Shown in pieces: positions 16,992-27,025 of a stretch of 32,000 bases of DNA. How positions within the stretch are numbered: position 1 is the first letter of the stretch; each line of letters begins with the position of its first letter. The stretch comes from Alkanindiges illinoisensis DSM 15370 (GTDB taxonomy: Bacteria; Pseudomonadota; Gammaproteobacteria; Pseudomonadales; Moraxellaceae): NCBI RefSeq assembly GCF_000619845.1, contig NZ_JHUX01000003.1:1630064-1662063 (forward strand), written 5' to 3'. The notes under the pieces are model-generated. The model had not been told where the DNA came from and ran no database searches. It saw only the letters and a program-made list of their open reading frames with translations. The translations under genes were made by a program, and so were the position numbers.

Positions 16992-18674
16992 ATGATGATG
17001 TTAGCCAATCCAGCCAGCAAATATCGCCGCATGTACCAGCAAGTGAACTTGCCAGACCGCCAGTGGCCCAACCAGCAAATTGATAAAGCCCCCATCTGGA
17101 TGAGCACCGATTTGCGTGATGGCAATCAGGCCTTGTTTGAACCAATGAATCCTGAACAAAAACTCAAAATGTTTTTAATACTGGTCAAAATCGGCTTTAA
17201 GCAAATTGAAGTTGCCTTCCCTTCTGCCTCACAAACTGACTTTGATTTTGTGCGTAAGCTGATTGAAGAAAATTATATCCCTGATGATGTCACCATTGAG
17301 GTGCTCACCCAAGCCCGCGATCATTTGATTGAACGCACTTTTGAATCGTTAAAAGGCGCCAAACAGGCAATTGTGCATATTTATAATGCAACCTCACCGA
17401 CCTTTCGTGAAAAAGTGCTGAAAGTAGATCGCGAAGGCAACAAGCAACTGGCCATTAATGCCGCGCAAAAAGTGAAGGAACTGGCAGCACTGCAACCGGA
17501 AACCCAATGGACATTCCAGTACAGCCCAGAAACCTTTACCGCAACCGAACTGGATTTTGCCAAGGAAGTCTGCGATGCGGTGTGTGAAGTCTGGCAGCCT
17601 ACGCCGGATAATAAGATTATTTTAAACCTGCCTGCCACAGTGGAAGTGGCATCTCCCAATGTGTATGCCGACCAGATTGAATGGATGCACCGCAACCTTG
17701 CTATGCGCGACAGCGTGATTATTAGCGTACATCCGCACAATGATCGCGGCTGTGGGGTGGCCGCCGCAGAGTTGGCGATTATGGCAGGTGCTGATCGTGT
17801 GGAAGGCTGTGTGTTTGGCAATGGTGAACGCACTGGTAATGTGGATGTGGCTACCATTGCCCTGAATATGTACACACAAGGCATTAGCCCAAATCTTGAT
17901 TTTTCCAATATCAATGAAATTATCAGTACCATTGAAGAATGCACTGGCCTGCCTGTGCATCCACGCCATCCCTATGCGGGTGATCTGGTATTTACCGCGT
18001 TTTCCGGCAGCCATCAGGATGCGATCAAGAAAGGCTTTGAGCAGCAGGACCCGAATGGCTTCTGGGATATGCCCTATTTGCCGATTGATCCCAAAGACCT
18101 TGGCCGTAGCTACGATGCCGTGATCCGGGTCAACAGCCAGTCTGGCAAGGGCGGGATTGCCTATTTGCTGGAAGCGCATTATGGCGTGGTGTTGCCGCGT
18201 CGTCTGCAAATTGAGTTTAGCCAGGTGGTGCAGGATTATAGCGACACGCATGGTAGCGAGGTAACGGCACAGGTACTGTGGAACTTGCTCAATCAGGCCT
18301 ATGTGCAGGTGCATCGTCCCTACCAGCACATTAATTATGAACTAACCGACAAAAACGGCAAACAGCATATCAAGCTATTCATTGAGCATAATGGTGGCGA
18401 CCATGTGTTTGAAGGCACCGGTAATGGCCCGATTTCAGCAGTGATTAATGCGCTGGGCTTGCCCGTTGATGTACTGAGCTATGAAGAACGGTCAATTGGT
18501 CAGGGTGCTAATGCACAGGCACTGGCGATTGTGGAGTTGAATGATACCGAGCAACAGCACAGCACCTTTGGTCTTGGTGTGCATGACAACATTGTTACGG
18601 CATCCATTCAGGCTATTCTGTCGTGTGCCAATCGCTTGCAACTGCGCAAAGCTGAGGCCAAGCTCAACGCTTAA
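16992..18674 (+). CDS. leuA: 2-isopropylmalate synthase, long form (LeuA type 2)
   Basis: 560 aa. Motifs [42 protein letters not shown], plus a C-terminal LeuA dimerisation/regulatory domain. Closely collinear with the actinobacterial-type LeuA as recalled. Three consecutive ATGs at 16992/16995/16998 follow GGGAG (16986-16990), so the true start may be the 2nd or 3rd. Confidence 0.95.
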   Translation: MMMLANPASKYRRMYQQVNLPDRQWPNQQIDKAPIWMSTDLRDGNQALFEPMNPEQKLKMFLILVKIGFKQIEVAFPSASQTDFDFVRKLIEENYIPDDVTIEVLTQARDHLIERTFESLKGAKQAIVHIYNATSPTFREKVLKVDREGNKQLAINAAQKVKELAALQPETQWTFQYSPETFTATELDFAKEVCDAVCEVWQPTPDNKIILNLPATVEVASPNVYADQIEWMHRNLAMRDSVIISVHPHNDRGCGVAAAELAIMAGADRVEGCVFGNGERTGNVDVATIALNMYTQGISPNLDFSNINEIISTIEECTGLPVHPRHPYAGDLVFTAFSGSHQDAIKKGFEQQDPNGFWDMPYLPIDPKDLGRSYDAVIRVNSQSGKGGIAYLLEAHYGVVLPRRLQIEFSQVVQDYSDTHGSEVTAQVLWNLLNQAYVQVHRPYQHINYELTDKNGKQHIKLFIEHNGGDHVFEGTGNGPISAVINALGLPVDVLSYEERSIGQGANAQALAIVELNDTEQQHSTFGLGVHDNIVTASIQAILSCANRLQLRKAEAKLNA

Positions 18675-18784
18675 GGTATTGATTTGCTGCTAACATTGTT
18701 GCTGGTTCAGTGCGCTGTACTGCATCAATGTTAATGCTGATTTGCACAGCAAACGGGCATTCTCCTCTTGCCCTCCCAGCCCAG

Positions 18785-18810
18785 CCCCCGTACACTCGGG
18801 GGTTTGGTTT
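18785..18810 (+). terminator. Rho-independent terminator after leuA
   Basis: CCCCCG (18785-18790), loop TACACT, CGGGGG (18797-18802), then TTTGGTTT. Confidence 0.8.
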
Positions 18811-18836
18811 AACTGCTATCAGGATAATTTTTTATC

Positions 18837-20087
18837 GTGGGTTTATCGTCTGACTCGTCTACTGCTAACGGGTTTCCTGCCGACTCAGTGGGTCTTGTAA
18901 CACCACGCTGCGAACATTTTGAGCAACCCTTATTGCTGGAATGTGGTCGTACCCTGCCACGCTTTGAGCTGATGGTTGAAACCTATGGCAGCTTAAATAA
19001 TAATGCGTCCAATGCCATTCTGATTTGCCATGCGCTGTCCGGCCATCACCATGCAGCGGGGTATCACAGCACGCAGGACAATAAGCCCGGCTGGTGGGAA
19101 AGCTGTATTGGCCCCGGCAAGGCCATTGATACCAACCAGTTTTTTGTGGTGGCACTCAATAACATTGGTGGTTGTCACGGCTCTACTGGCCCAACCTCGC
19201 CCAATCCCGATAATGAAAACCGTCCTTATGGTCCGGATTTTCCATTAGTAACGGTGCGCGACTGGGTGCATACCCAGGCACTACTGGCGGATCGTATGGG
19301 TATTACTGTCTGGCATGCCGTAATTGGTGGCTCATTAGGCGGTATGCAGGCGCTGCAATGGGCAGTGGACTATCCGGATCGCCTTAAAAACTGTGCAGTG
19401 ATTGCCAGTACACCAAAACTGTCTGCCCAGAATATTGCCTTTAATGAAGTGGCACGCCAGTCCATCTTGTCAGACCCGGATTTTCATGGCGGCCGTTATC
19501 TGGAGCAGGATACTTTTCCAAAGCGTGGCCTGATTCTGGCCCGTATGGTGGGACATATTACCTATTTGTCTGATGATGCCATGAAACAAAAATTTGGCCG
19601 CGACCTTAAATCCGGTAAATTTTTATATGGCTATGATGTTGAGTTTCAGGTGGAAAGCTACCTGCGCTATCAGGGTGAACAGTTTAGCCGCAACTTTGAC
19701 GCCAATACCTACCTGATTATGACCAAGGCGCTGGATTATTTTGACCCTGCACGCGATCATGATGAAAACCTGACCCAAGCGCTGAGCCGTGCCCAGTGCC
19801 GTTTTTTGATTATTTCCTTTACCACTGACTGGCGCTTTGCCCCTAGCCGTTCGCAGGAAATTGTGGATGCACTCATCAAGAATCGCCAGTCGGTGAGCTA
19901 TCTGGATATTGATGCACCGCAAGGCCACGACTCATTCCTGTTTCCAATTCCGCGCTATGTGAATAGCCTGAAAGCTTTTTTAAGTGCCCCGCTTTATCCA
20001 CAGAATCAGCCACAAAATACACATTCTTTTACACATTCCTCAATAAAAAATTTCGATGTTGCGGGAGGCAATACCCATGCGTCTTGA
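18837..20087 (+). CDS. metX: Homoserine O-acyltransferase MetX (O-succinyl/O-acetyl type)
   Basis: GTG start. Motifs [24 protein letters not shown] (GxSxG nucleophile elbow), [17 protein letters not shown]. Collinear with Pseudomonas MetX as recalled, apart from a ~25-30-aa extra C-terminal tail. Confidence 0.9.
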   Translation: MGLSSDSSTANGFPADSVGLVTPRCEHFEQPLLLECGRTLPRFELMVETYGSLNNNASNAILICHALSGHHHAAGYHSTQDNKPGWWESCIGPGKAIDTNQFFVVALNNIGGCHGSTGPTSPNPDNENRPYGPDFPLVTVRDWVHTQALLADRMGITVWHAVIGGSLGGMQALQWAVDYPDRLKNCAVIASTPKLSAQNIAFNEVARQSILSDPDFHGGRYLEQDTFPKRGLILARMVGHITYLSDDAMKQKFGRDLKSGKFLYGYDVEFQVESYLRYQGEQFSRNFDANTYLIMTKALDYFDPARDHDENLTQALSRAQCRFLIISFTTDWRFAPSRSQEIVDALIKNRQSVSYLDIDAPQGHDSFLFPIPRYVNSLKAFLSAPLYPQNQPQNTHSFTHSSIKNFDVAGGNTHAS

Positions 20088-20670
20088 TCAGCAACTGGCA
20101 GAAAAATGGATTAAGCCGCATTCCCGTGTACTTGATCTGGGCTGTGGTGATGGCGAGCTTTTGGCCCACATGCAGCGTAAATTGCACATCAATGGCTACG
20201 GTCTGGAAATTGATGAAGACAAGATTACATCGGCACTGGGCCGGGGTTTAAACATTATTCAACAAGACCTTAACGAAGGTTTGGGCCGTTTTGATGACCA
20301 GAGTTTTGACTTTGTGGTTATGGCACAAGCGTTGCAAGCTGTAGAAGCACCAGACCAGTTATTGCTGGACATGGTTCGGGTTGGCAAGCAGGCCATTATC
20401 ACTTTTCCCAATTTTGCCCACTGGAAAACCAGAAGCTATTTAGGTATAAAAGGGAAAATGCCTGTATCTGACGCATTGCCATATATGTGGTACGATACGC
20501 CAAATATCCATTTGTGTACCTTTCGTGATTTTGAAGCCCTTTGTGCCGCAAATCACATACACATAATTAACCGTCTTGCGGTCAATGGTGATCAGCAAGG
20601 AAGCTTTCTAATGAAGCATATCCCCAATCTTTTTGGGGAAATTGCAATTTATCGAGTGAGCCGAACATGA
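20077..20670 (+). CDS. metW: Methionine biosynthesis protein MetW (SAM-dependent methyltransferase fold)
   Basis: GGGAGG at 20063-20068, then ATG 20077 ([12 protein letters not shown]). [14 protein letters not shown]-binding motif. Overlaps the metX 3' end by 11 nt. The ORF track start 20056 is probably too early. Confidence 0.9.
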   Translation: MRLDQQLAEKWIKPHSRVLDLGCGDGELLAHMQRKLHINGYGLEIDEDKITSALGRGLNIIQQDLNEGLGRFDDQSFDFVVMAQALQAVEAPDQLLLDMVRVGKQAIITFPNFAHWKTRSYLGIKGKMPVSDALPYMWYDTPNIHLCTFRDFEALCAANHIHIINRLAVNGDQQGSFLMKHIPNLFGEIAIYRVSRT

Positions 20671-21257
20671 AAAAACAAGTTGCTATTCTCATGCTAAGCC
20701 TTGGCATTACAGCGGGTGCTGCGCATGCCGAACTCATTATGAACCCGGCGAGTGTCAACGCATCAACCAATTATGCGACTATGGCCGTGCCCTCGCTACA
20801 GGCTGCTGCCAAAGCAGGTAGTGCCCCTGCCCAGTTTTATCTGGCAACCCGCTACAAGCTGGGTCAGGGTGTTAGTGCTGATCTTGCTCAGGCATTTTCA
20901 TGGTACAAAAAAGCAGCGGATCAGGGTGTATCGGCTGCGCAACTAAACGTTGGGCAAATGTATGCCGAAGGCCGTGGCGTGAAACAGGATATTAATAATG
21001 CCAAGCTTTGGTTACAAAAAGCGGCCAAACAGGGTGACAATCGGGCCAGCTATAATCTGGCTTTAATTGAAGAGCGCAACCAGAACCTGTCTTCTGCTTA
21101 TCAATGGTATGAGTTGGCCTCCCGTGATGGCATGCTGGACCGTAATGTGAGCAAGCAGGCACAGGGTAAAATCCTGAAACTGGCTGCCAACCTAACCCAG
21201 CAGGATATTCAGGCCGCGCGTGATCGTGCGGATCGCTGGTTCCAAACTGCGGATTAA
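20667..21257 (+). CDS. Secreted Sel1-repeat (TPR-like) protein
   Basis: Signal peptide ([21 protein letters not shown]) and at least three Sel1-type repeats (A..YL...Y..G.GV..D...A..WY.KAA.QG). The ATGA overlap with the metW stop suggests translational coupling. Confidence 0.8.
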   Translation: MKKQVAILMLSLGITAGAAHAELIMNPASVNASTNYATMAVPSLQAAAKAGSAPAQFYLATRYKLGQGVSADLAQAFSWYKKAADQGVSAAQLNVGQMYAEGRGVKQDINNAKLWLQKAAKQGDNRASYNLALIEERNQNLSSAYQWYELASRDGMLDRNVSKQAQGKILKLAANLTQQDIQAARDRADRWFQTAD

Positions 21258-21284
21258 AAGCCCTGATGCAATATTAGGTTAATC

Positions 21285-21313
21285 AAAAGCACCGTGATCA
21301 TCGGTGCTTTTTT
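21285..21313 (+). terminator. Rho-independent terminator after the Sel1-repeat gene
   Basis: AAAAGCACCG (21285-21294), loop TGATCAT, CGGTGCTTTT (21302-21311), then TT. Confidence 0.8.
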
Positions 21314-21372
21314 ATATCCTACTCATTTTATTAAAACTTCAAATTAAATAGCACACAGCAACAGGAAAAAAT

Positions 21373-21990
21373 ATGCAGTACGACTGGTTAGCGCAAGATC
21401 AGCTGGTTCTGGCCAGTAACAACGCAGGCAAGATTGCCGAGTTCCAGCATATTTTTTCAACCTTAAATCTGCCAATTCAGGTAGTTCCGCAAAAGCAGTT
21501 TGAAATTCCTGATGCTGTGGAAAATGGTTTAAGTTTTATTGAAAATGCCATTTTAAAAGCGCGGCATGCGGCACGGCTATCGGGCAAACCTGCACTGGCG
21601 GATGATTCAGGCTTATGTGTGCCTGTATTAAATGGCGCACCCGGTATTTACTCTGCCCGCTATGCCGGTGAGCATGGCAATGATGCCTTAAATAACCAGA
21701 AGTTGCTGGACGATTTAAAACCGTATCGTAATGACATGGCCATTCAGGGTTATTTTGTCTGTGTGCTGGCACTGGTGCGCCATCAGGATGATCCCTTACC
21801 CTTGATCTATCAGGGCGTGTGGCAGGGCGAAATTCTGGAGCAGCCACGTGGTAGTGCCGGTTTTGGTTATGATCCGCTATTCTGGCTGCCGGAGCTTGGT
21901 AAAAGCAGCGCTGAGCTGGACAAGGCTGAGAAAAACAAAATCAGCCATCGCGGGCAGGCGATGCAATTGTTTAAGCAAAGTCTGGTTTAA
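21373..21990 (+). CDS. rdgB: Non-canonical purine NTP (dITP/XTP) pyrophosphatase RdgB/HAM1
   Basis: Motifs LASNNAGKIAEF, DDSGL.V..L.G.PG.YSARY, FGYDP.F, ISHRG.A. Confidence 0.9.
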   Translation: MQYDWLAQDQLVLASNNAGKIAEFQHIFSTLNLPIQVVPQKQFEIPDAVENGLSFIENAILKARHAARLSGKPALADDSGLCVPVLNGAPGIYSARYAGEHGNDALNNQKLLDDLKPYRNDMAIQGYFVCVLALVRHQDDPLPLIYQGVWQGEILEQPRGSAGFGYDPLFWLPELGKSSAELDKAEKNKISHRGQAMQLFKQSLV

Positions 21991-22028
21991 TGCTAAAAAC
22001 TTATTTCCAACAATAAAGGAAGGCTGCA

Positions 22029-22478
22029 ATGAAATCATTACTGGTATTAATTTTAGCGGGCTTATGGTTTAGTCCAAGTTATGCCGCACTCAATAACCTT
22101 ACCCCAGAAAAACTGGCGCTAGCCCAGCAAATTGTCACACTGGATAATTCCAAGAAAATGCTGAAAGCCACCATTCAGTCTGTCATACAGCAAACCCGCA
22201 GTAGTTTTCCGCCAGATACCCCTGAAAGCTTTTTTACCAATCTCGAGCAGAATATTGATCAGGAAAAAATGCTGAATGATCTGATTCAGGCGTACGGTTC
22301 AATTTATTCCGAACAGGATATGAAAGCACTTATTGGTTTTTACCAAAGTCCCGGTGGACAGCAAGTTGCTGCAAAATATCCCGCTGTTGCGGTCAAACTG
22401 GCTGACTTATCCAGTGACAGCCTTCATGAGGCAATACATAAAACCTTGCAACAATTGCAATCCAGCCCTGCCCCATAA
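22029..22478 (+). CDS. DUF2059-domain periplasmic protein
   Basis: AAGGAAGG RBS and a signal peptide. The C-terminal pattern Y....S..D...LI.FY.SP.G.....K is characteristic of DUF2059 as I remember it. Confidence 0.65.
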   Translation: MKSLLVLILAGLWFSPSYAALNNLTPEKLALAQQIVTLDNSKKMLKATIQSVIQQTRSSFPPDTPESFFTNLEQNIDQEKMLNDLIQAYGSIYSEQDMKALIGFYQSPGGQQVAAKYPAVAVKLADLSSDSLHEAIHKTLQQLQSSPAP

Positions 22479-22483
22479 TCGGG

Positions 22484-23281
22484 CTATACATTCCAGTAAC
22501 CAGTTTTAATTATCACTGATTCTGGCTGTTCAGGCACATAGGTTTTTTCCAGAAATTCATAGCCTTGCTTATCCAGCGTTAAAATGCTGGATACCCGGGT
22601 GCCATACATCGGCGTTTGAATAAAAATCGACGATAGCAGTTTTTCCCAATCCGGGCTAATGCCGGTTACAGGTAGCGCATCATCTTCAGCCTGAATACGG
22701 TCATTCAAAATGTGCCATACCGTATTCACCACATCCTCTGGCACGGGTTGCCCGGCTTTGCTGGCCAGCATTAATGGCAGGACTTCCTGAGTTACCCGTA
22801 GGCGCAAGCGTTCCATTTTCGGCCACGGTTCACTAATCAAACCATTGGACAAGGTATAGAACCCGCTAGCCAGTGGCGTCGGTGGCGTGCCCCGGTTACT
22901 CAGCACCACGGCCTGCTCCAGATTACCCACGATCAGGTTAAAACCGGCATAGCTATGCTGGGCAGCCAGCTTTTGCGCAAATGCCATAGGCGGCATATCA
23001 CTGTTTAAATAATCGGTCACCAGCAGGCCACGCGATCGATCGTGCAGCTTCTGACCCTGAGCTGACTGGGGTTCACGGTAATTGGTGAGTACTGCCCACT
23101 TGCCTTGCTTGGTCATGCCCAGCCAGGTGCCATGCGACACGCAATCCTGCCCTGCAATAATGCAGCTATCCACCCACTCACCAAGTGGCGCAGCCGGACG
23201 GGCATAAAACTCATCGCGGTTACTCATCATAAATACCGGACGATCCGGCAATATTTGCCATGCCAACGCAGTAATGCACAT
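22484..23281 (-). CDS. NRDE-family protein (DUF833 / TANGO2-like)
   Basis: Starting at the internal ATG gives MCITALAW...SNRDEFY.RP, the family-defining N-terminal Cys plus NRDE motif. The ORF track start at 23290 adds 3 residues. Confidence 0.8.
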   Translation of the reverse strand: MCITALAWQILPDRPVFMMSNRDEFYARPAAPLGEWVDSCIIAGQDCVSHGTWLGMTKQGKWAVLTNYREPQSAQGQKLHDRSRGLLVTDYLNSDMPPMAFAQKLAAQHSYAGFNLIVGNLEQAVVLSNRGTPPTPLASGFYTLSNGLISEPWPKMERLRLRVTQEVLPLMLASKAGQPVPEDVVNTVWHILNDRIQAEDDALPVTGISPDWEKLLSSIFIQTPMYGTRVSSILTLDKQGYEFLEKTYVPEQPESVIIKTGYWNV

Positions 23282-23388
23282 AAATTTCAAATAAAAACAG
23301 TCACAAATTGGGCTATAGAATGCGCTAGAATGCGGCTACTTTGCAATTCAACTTTGCTTATCCAAGCTGTAATCGTACTGGAATAATT

Positions 23389-24204
23389 ATGCTTGTCTTC
23401 CCGGAATTTGATCCTATTGCCGTATCACTTGGGCCTGTCGAGGTGCACTGGTATGGCCTGATGTATGTGCTGGCTTTCCTGACGGCTTATGCGCTGGCCA
23501 CTTACCGGGCAAAATCCCGTGATGGCTGGACGGCAGAAATGGTCTCCGATCTGGTGTTTTATGGCGCGATTGGGGTGATTCTAGGCGGACGCATTGGCTA
23601 TGTACTGTTTTATGAATTTAATAAATTTTTAAGTGATCCGGTATGGCTGTTTAAAGTCTGGACTGGCGGCATGAGCTTTCATGGCGGCTTTCTTGGCGTG
23701 ATGATTGCCATGGTATTTTTTGCCCGCAAATATCAAAAAACAGCGTTTCAAACCCTGGATTTTATTGCACCCTGCGTGCCGACTGGCCTGTTTTTTGGCC
23801 GGATTGGCAACTTTATTGGCGGTGAACTGGTCGGGCGCCCGGTTGAAAACCTCAATTACCCACTGGCAATGATTTTCCCGCATGTAGACAAATTGCCACG
23901 GCATCCTTCCCAGCTTTATCAGGCACTGGGTGAAGGGATTTTACTGTTTATCCTGTTATGGTGGTTTAGTGCCAAGCCGCGTCCGCGTATGGCCGTGTCT
24001 GCAATATTTTTGATCGGCTATGGTCTGGCGCGTTTCTTTGTTGAGTTTTTCCGCGAACCGGATGCCGACCAGGGCTTTATCCTGCTGGGCTGGGTGACCA
24101 AAGGCCAAATGCTGAGTTTCCCGATGATTATCATTGGCCTATGGATGCTGTGGTATGCCTACCGTCGCCGGATTTATGACTGGGGACCGCAGAAAAATAC
24201 TTAA
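23389..24204 (+). CDS. lgt: Phosphatidylglycerol-prolipoprotein diacylglyceryl transferase
   Basis: The ATG 23389 start gives MLVFPEFDPIA..GP..VHWYGLMY, matching the Lgt N-terminus. Motifs G.RIGY, GG.SFHGG..G, GR.GNF.NGEL are present. The ORF track start (TTG 23341) is too long. Confidence 0.9.
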   Translation: MLVFPEFDPIAVSLGPVEVHWYGLMYVLAFLTAYALATYRAKSRDGWTAEMVSDLVFYGAIGVILGGRIGYVLFYEFNKFLSDPVWLFKVWTGGMSFHGGFLGVMIAMVFFARKYQKTAFQTLDFIAPCVPTGLFFGRIGNFIGGELVGRPVENLNYPLAMIFPHVDKLPRHPSQLYQALGEGILLFILLWWFSAKPRPRMAVSAIFLIGYGLARFFVEFFREPDADQGFILLGWVTKGQMLSFPMIIIGLWMLWYAYRRRIYDWGPQKNT

Positions 24205-24225
24205 AAGTATAATGAATCCAACACT

Positions 24226-24254
24226 AAGCCACCATTTTTAAGGTGGCTTTTTTA
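24226..24254 (+). terminator. Rho-independent terminator after lgt
   Basis: AAGCCACC (24226-24233), loop ATTTTTAA, GGTGGCTT (24242-24249), then TTTTT. Confidence 0.8.
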
Positions 24255-24344
24255 CAAGATAGAACTGGAGTGCACTGCTGGCCTCCTACCCGTTTTGCGT
24301 TATACTGGCAGACTCTGATTAATCGCAAAACCGGCTGGACTGCT

Positions 24345-25187
24345 ATGCAACAATATCTTGATTTATTAAAACTGGTGCTTGAACACGGTGGCAAAAAGTC
24401 AGATCGCACAGGCACAGGCACAGTTTCGGTTTTTGGTCACCAGATGCGCTTTGACCTGTCTAAAGGCTTTCCGATTGTCACCACCAAGCGCGTGCATTTT
24501 CGTTCGGTTGCCATAGAACTGTTGTGGTTTTTGCGCGGTGATACCAACGTGCAGTATTTGCAAGACAATAAAGTCACGATCTGGGATGAATGGGCAACTG
24601 CGGAGCAAACCGCACGTTTTGGCCGCCCAGCTGGCGAACTGGGGCCGGTATATGGTCACCAGTGGCGCAATTTTGGCGCAACACAAGCGGCTGATGGCAG
24701 CTATAACAATGATGGTTTTGACCAGCTGAAATGGCTGATCAATGAAATCAAGACCAATCCCAATTCGCGCCGTTTGATTGTCTCCGGCTGGAATCCGCGC
24801 GAAGCCAATGAAGTGGCACTGCCGCCCTGCCATACGCTGTTTCAGTTTTTTGTACAGGATGGCAAGCTATCCTGCCAGTTGTATCAGCGCAGTGCTGATA
24901 TTTTTCTGGGTGTGCCTTTTAACATTGCCAGCTATGCCCTGCTCACGCATATGATTGCACAAGTGTGCAATTTGCAGGTAGGCGATTTTGTCTGGACTGG
25001 CGGCGATTGTCACCTGTATAGCAATCATTTTGAACAGGCTGAGCTGCAACTTAGCCGTGATCCATTGCCCTTGCCACAATTAAAGCTCAACCCGACAGTA
25101 ACTGACCTGTTTGACTTTACATTTGAAGATATTGAACTGATGGGCTATGAGCATCACCCGGCAATTAAGGCACCTGTCGCAGTATAA
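24345..25187 (+). CDS. thyA: Thymidylate synthase (ThyA type)
   Basis: The ATG 24345 start gives [12 protein letters not shown]....DRTGTGT.SVFG.QMRFDL. Catalytic [22 protein letters not shown] and the C-terminal ...PVAV are present. The ORF track start 24243 adds 34 non-homologous residues that overlap the lgt terminator. Confidence 0.95.
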   Translation: MQQYLDLLKLVLEHGGKKSDRTGTGTVSVFGHQMRFDLSKGFPIVTTKRVHFRSVAIELLWFLRGDTNVQYLQDNKVTIWDEWATAEQTARFGRPAGELGPVYGHQWRNFGATQAADGSYNNDGFDQLKWLINEIKTNPNSRRLIVSGWNPREANEVALPPCHTLFQFFVQDGKLSCQLYQRSADIFLGVPFNIASYALLTHMIAQVCNLQVGDFVWTGGDCHLYSNHFEQAELQLSRDPLPLPQLKLNPTVTDLFDFTFEDIELMGYEHHPAIKAPVAV

Positions 25188-25225
25188 AGTTTGCTCTCAC
25201 CCTATTTAAATTAAGAGAAATCAAC

Positions 25226-25750
25226 ATGGCCTGGAACGAACTGGAAATTGTGCATGTGGTTGCCATGGATGAGCAGCATTGCATTGGTGTCAATAACCAG
25301 TTGCCCTGGCATTTAACTGAAGACCTCAAGCACTTCAAACGCATCACTCAAGGTGGTGTTATCGTGATGGGGCGTAAAACCTATGATTCGATGGGCCGCG
25401 CCTTACCCAACCGCGTGAACTGGGTACTCACTCGTGATACAAGCTGGCAGGCCGATCAGGTAAAGGTTGCACATACGCTGGACGACATCCTCAATCAGGC
25501 CAGTGCCGATGTGAAGCAACTGCAACTGCAATCCATTTTTATTATTGGTGGTGCCGAAATTTTCCGGCAAACGCTGGATATTGCTGACCGGCTGGAACTC
25601 ACCCATGTCAGTCTTGATGTTCAGGGCGATACTTTTTATCCAGTGGTTCCCAAAAGCTTTCAGGCGATTAGCCGCCAGCCCATGCAGGATGAAAAAACCG
25701 GGGTCGCCTTTGAATTCGTGCGCTACCAGCGCCAGCCAGTCCTTCTATAA
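25226..25750 (+). CDS. folA: Dihydrofolate reductase
   Basis: Motifs VAMD....IG..NQLPWHL.EDLKHFK..T, VIMGRKTY.S.GR.LP.R.N.VL.R, IIGGAEI. Directly downstream of thyA. Confidence 0.9.
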   Translation: MAWNELEIVHVVAMDEQHCIGVNNQLPWHLTEDLKHFKRITQGGVIVMGRKTYDSMGRALPNRVNWVLTRDTSWQADQVKVAHTLDDILNQASADVKQLQLQSIFIIGGAEIFRQTLDIADRLELTHVSLDVQGDTFYPVVPKSFQAISRQPMQDEKTGVAFEFVRYQRQPVLL

Positions 25751-25764
25751 CGTATCACTGCTTA

Positions 25765-26853
25765 ATGAACCGGCAAAACGGCAACTACGCTTTGGCCCCT
25801 AGCCTTAAACGGGGCTTGTCGTTTGTCTTGCAAGTGCTGCTGGTGCTTGCTGTATTGTGCTCAGGTGTATGGGCGAGTATGGCGTTGTGGTTTCAGTTGC
25901 CAGCAAGTGCATGGCTAAGTATTACTATGATTACAGGCTGGTGGCTGCTTAGTATTGCCGTGCTGATAGGCTGGTTCACCAGACACTCATCCAGACACCG
26001 AGCTTTTGGGATTGCCGGGGTTTATGCCATGTGCTGGCTGATACTGCTTGGCTGGTGGCATACCATTCAACCACAACAAAACAAACCATGGGCGCCTGAT
26101 GTTGCCCGGCAATTGCAGGTTGAGCAAACAGGTCATCTGGTCACCCTGCATAATGTCAGAAACTTTGACTGGCGCAGTCCTACGGATTTTACCCCGCGCT
26201 GGGAAACCCGTCAGTATGATCTCAACAAACTGTCCTCGCTGGATGTTATTACCTCATACTGGATGGGGCCAAAGATTGCCCATGTACTGCTGAGCTTTGG
26301 ATTTACTGATGGTCAGTATGTCACCTTTTCCATTGAAACCCGCCGTGAACAGCATGAAACTTTTTCCACGTTTGGCGGTTTTTTTCGCAAGTTTGAATTA
26401 AGCCTGATTGCTGCTGATGAACGCGACATTATCTATACCCGCACCAATATCCGCCAAGAGCAGGTTTACCTGTATCGCATGCAGGTTTCAAAAGCAACCA
26501 TCCGCAGCTTGTTTAACAGTTATCTGCAAGAAGCACGTGAGCTTGAACAGCAGCCACGCTTCTACAATACCCTGACCAGTAATTGCACCACCATTGTGTT
26601 TAACATGGCCCGGCTGATTGACCCTGGGCTACCACTGGATTACCGCATTATTTTAAGTGGTTATTTGCCGCAGTATATTTATGAACACCGCGGGCTAAAC
26701 CAGCAATTACCCTTTAGTGTCTTGCAGCAGCAGGCGTATATTAATCCTTATGCTCAGCACTATATTCCATCTGGCAACTCGTCCGGGCAAAGTAACTCCG
26801 CTGCTTTTTCGGCCGCAATCCGGCACCAGCCTAATATTCAGCCTGTGCCTTAG
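25765..26853 (+). CDS. DUF4105-domain membrane protein (Lnb N-terminal periplasmic domain-like)
   Basis: N-terminal TM helices, then a YWMGPKIAHVLLSFGF...ETRRE...N.YNT.TSNCTT pattern that I associate with DUF4105. Confidence 0.65.
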   Translation: MNRQNGNYALAPSLKRGLSFVLQVLLVLAVLCSGVWASMALWFQLPASAWLSITMITGWWLLSIAVLIGWFTRHSSRHRAFGIAGVYAMCWLILLGWWHTIQPQQNKPWAPDVARQLQVEQTGHLVTLHNVRNFDWRSPTDFTPRWETRQYDLNKLSSLDVITSYWMGPKIAHVLLSFGFTDGQYVTFSIETRREQHETFSTFGGFFRKFELSLIAADERDIIYTRTNIRQEQVYLYRMQVSKATIRSLFNSYLQEARELEQQPRFYNTLTSNCTTIVFNMARLIDPGLPLDYRIILSGYLPQYIYEHRGLNQQLPFSVLQQQAYINPYAQHYIPSGNSSGQSNSAAFSAAIRHQPNIQPVP

Positions 26854-27025
26854 TATTGTGTGTTCATTATATTTAAGGGACGATGAAACTGTCACCACAA
26901 TGTGTAGCGGTAAGTAGCTGAATCAACATTCGGTGACATAGTTTCCATACAGCGTCTATAGAGTGTCCGGCAGGTTTCTGCTTTTATAATTTGTCATTCA
27001 AGCAGAAAACAGGAAAATCCCAATA

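Noticed and set aside
17381-18329. Long antisense ORFs inside leuA (17381..17944, 187 aa; 17622..18329, 235 aa). Similar ones occur inside the acyl-CoA dehydrogenases (7100..7516, 7910..8467, 9439..9786, 9973..10506), baeS, the helicase (12903..13310, 13015..13389) and nadE.
   Set aside because: All lie entirely opposite ORFs with strong family motifs. They have shadow-frame composition (Arg/His/Cys/Trp-rich, no motifs) and lack SD sequences. They are typical frame shadows of real genes.
18675-18836. Possible SAM-type riboswitch or other leader upstream of metX
   Set aside because: Most of the gap is taken up by the leuA 3' UTR and its terminator (18785-18810). Only about 26 nt remain before the metX GTG, too short for a riboswitch, and I saw no conserved SAM-riboswitch-like helices.
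26976-27007. 8-bp inverted repeat TTCTGCTT-16 nt-AAGCAGAA spanning a TATAAT upstream of the META-domain gene
   Set aside because: More than ten 8-bp inverted repeats with spacers of 30 nt or less are expected by chance in 32 kb. There is no U-tract, so it is not a terminator. It is a possible operator, but unsupported.
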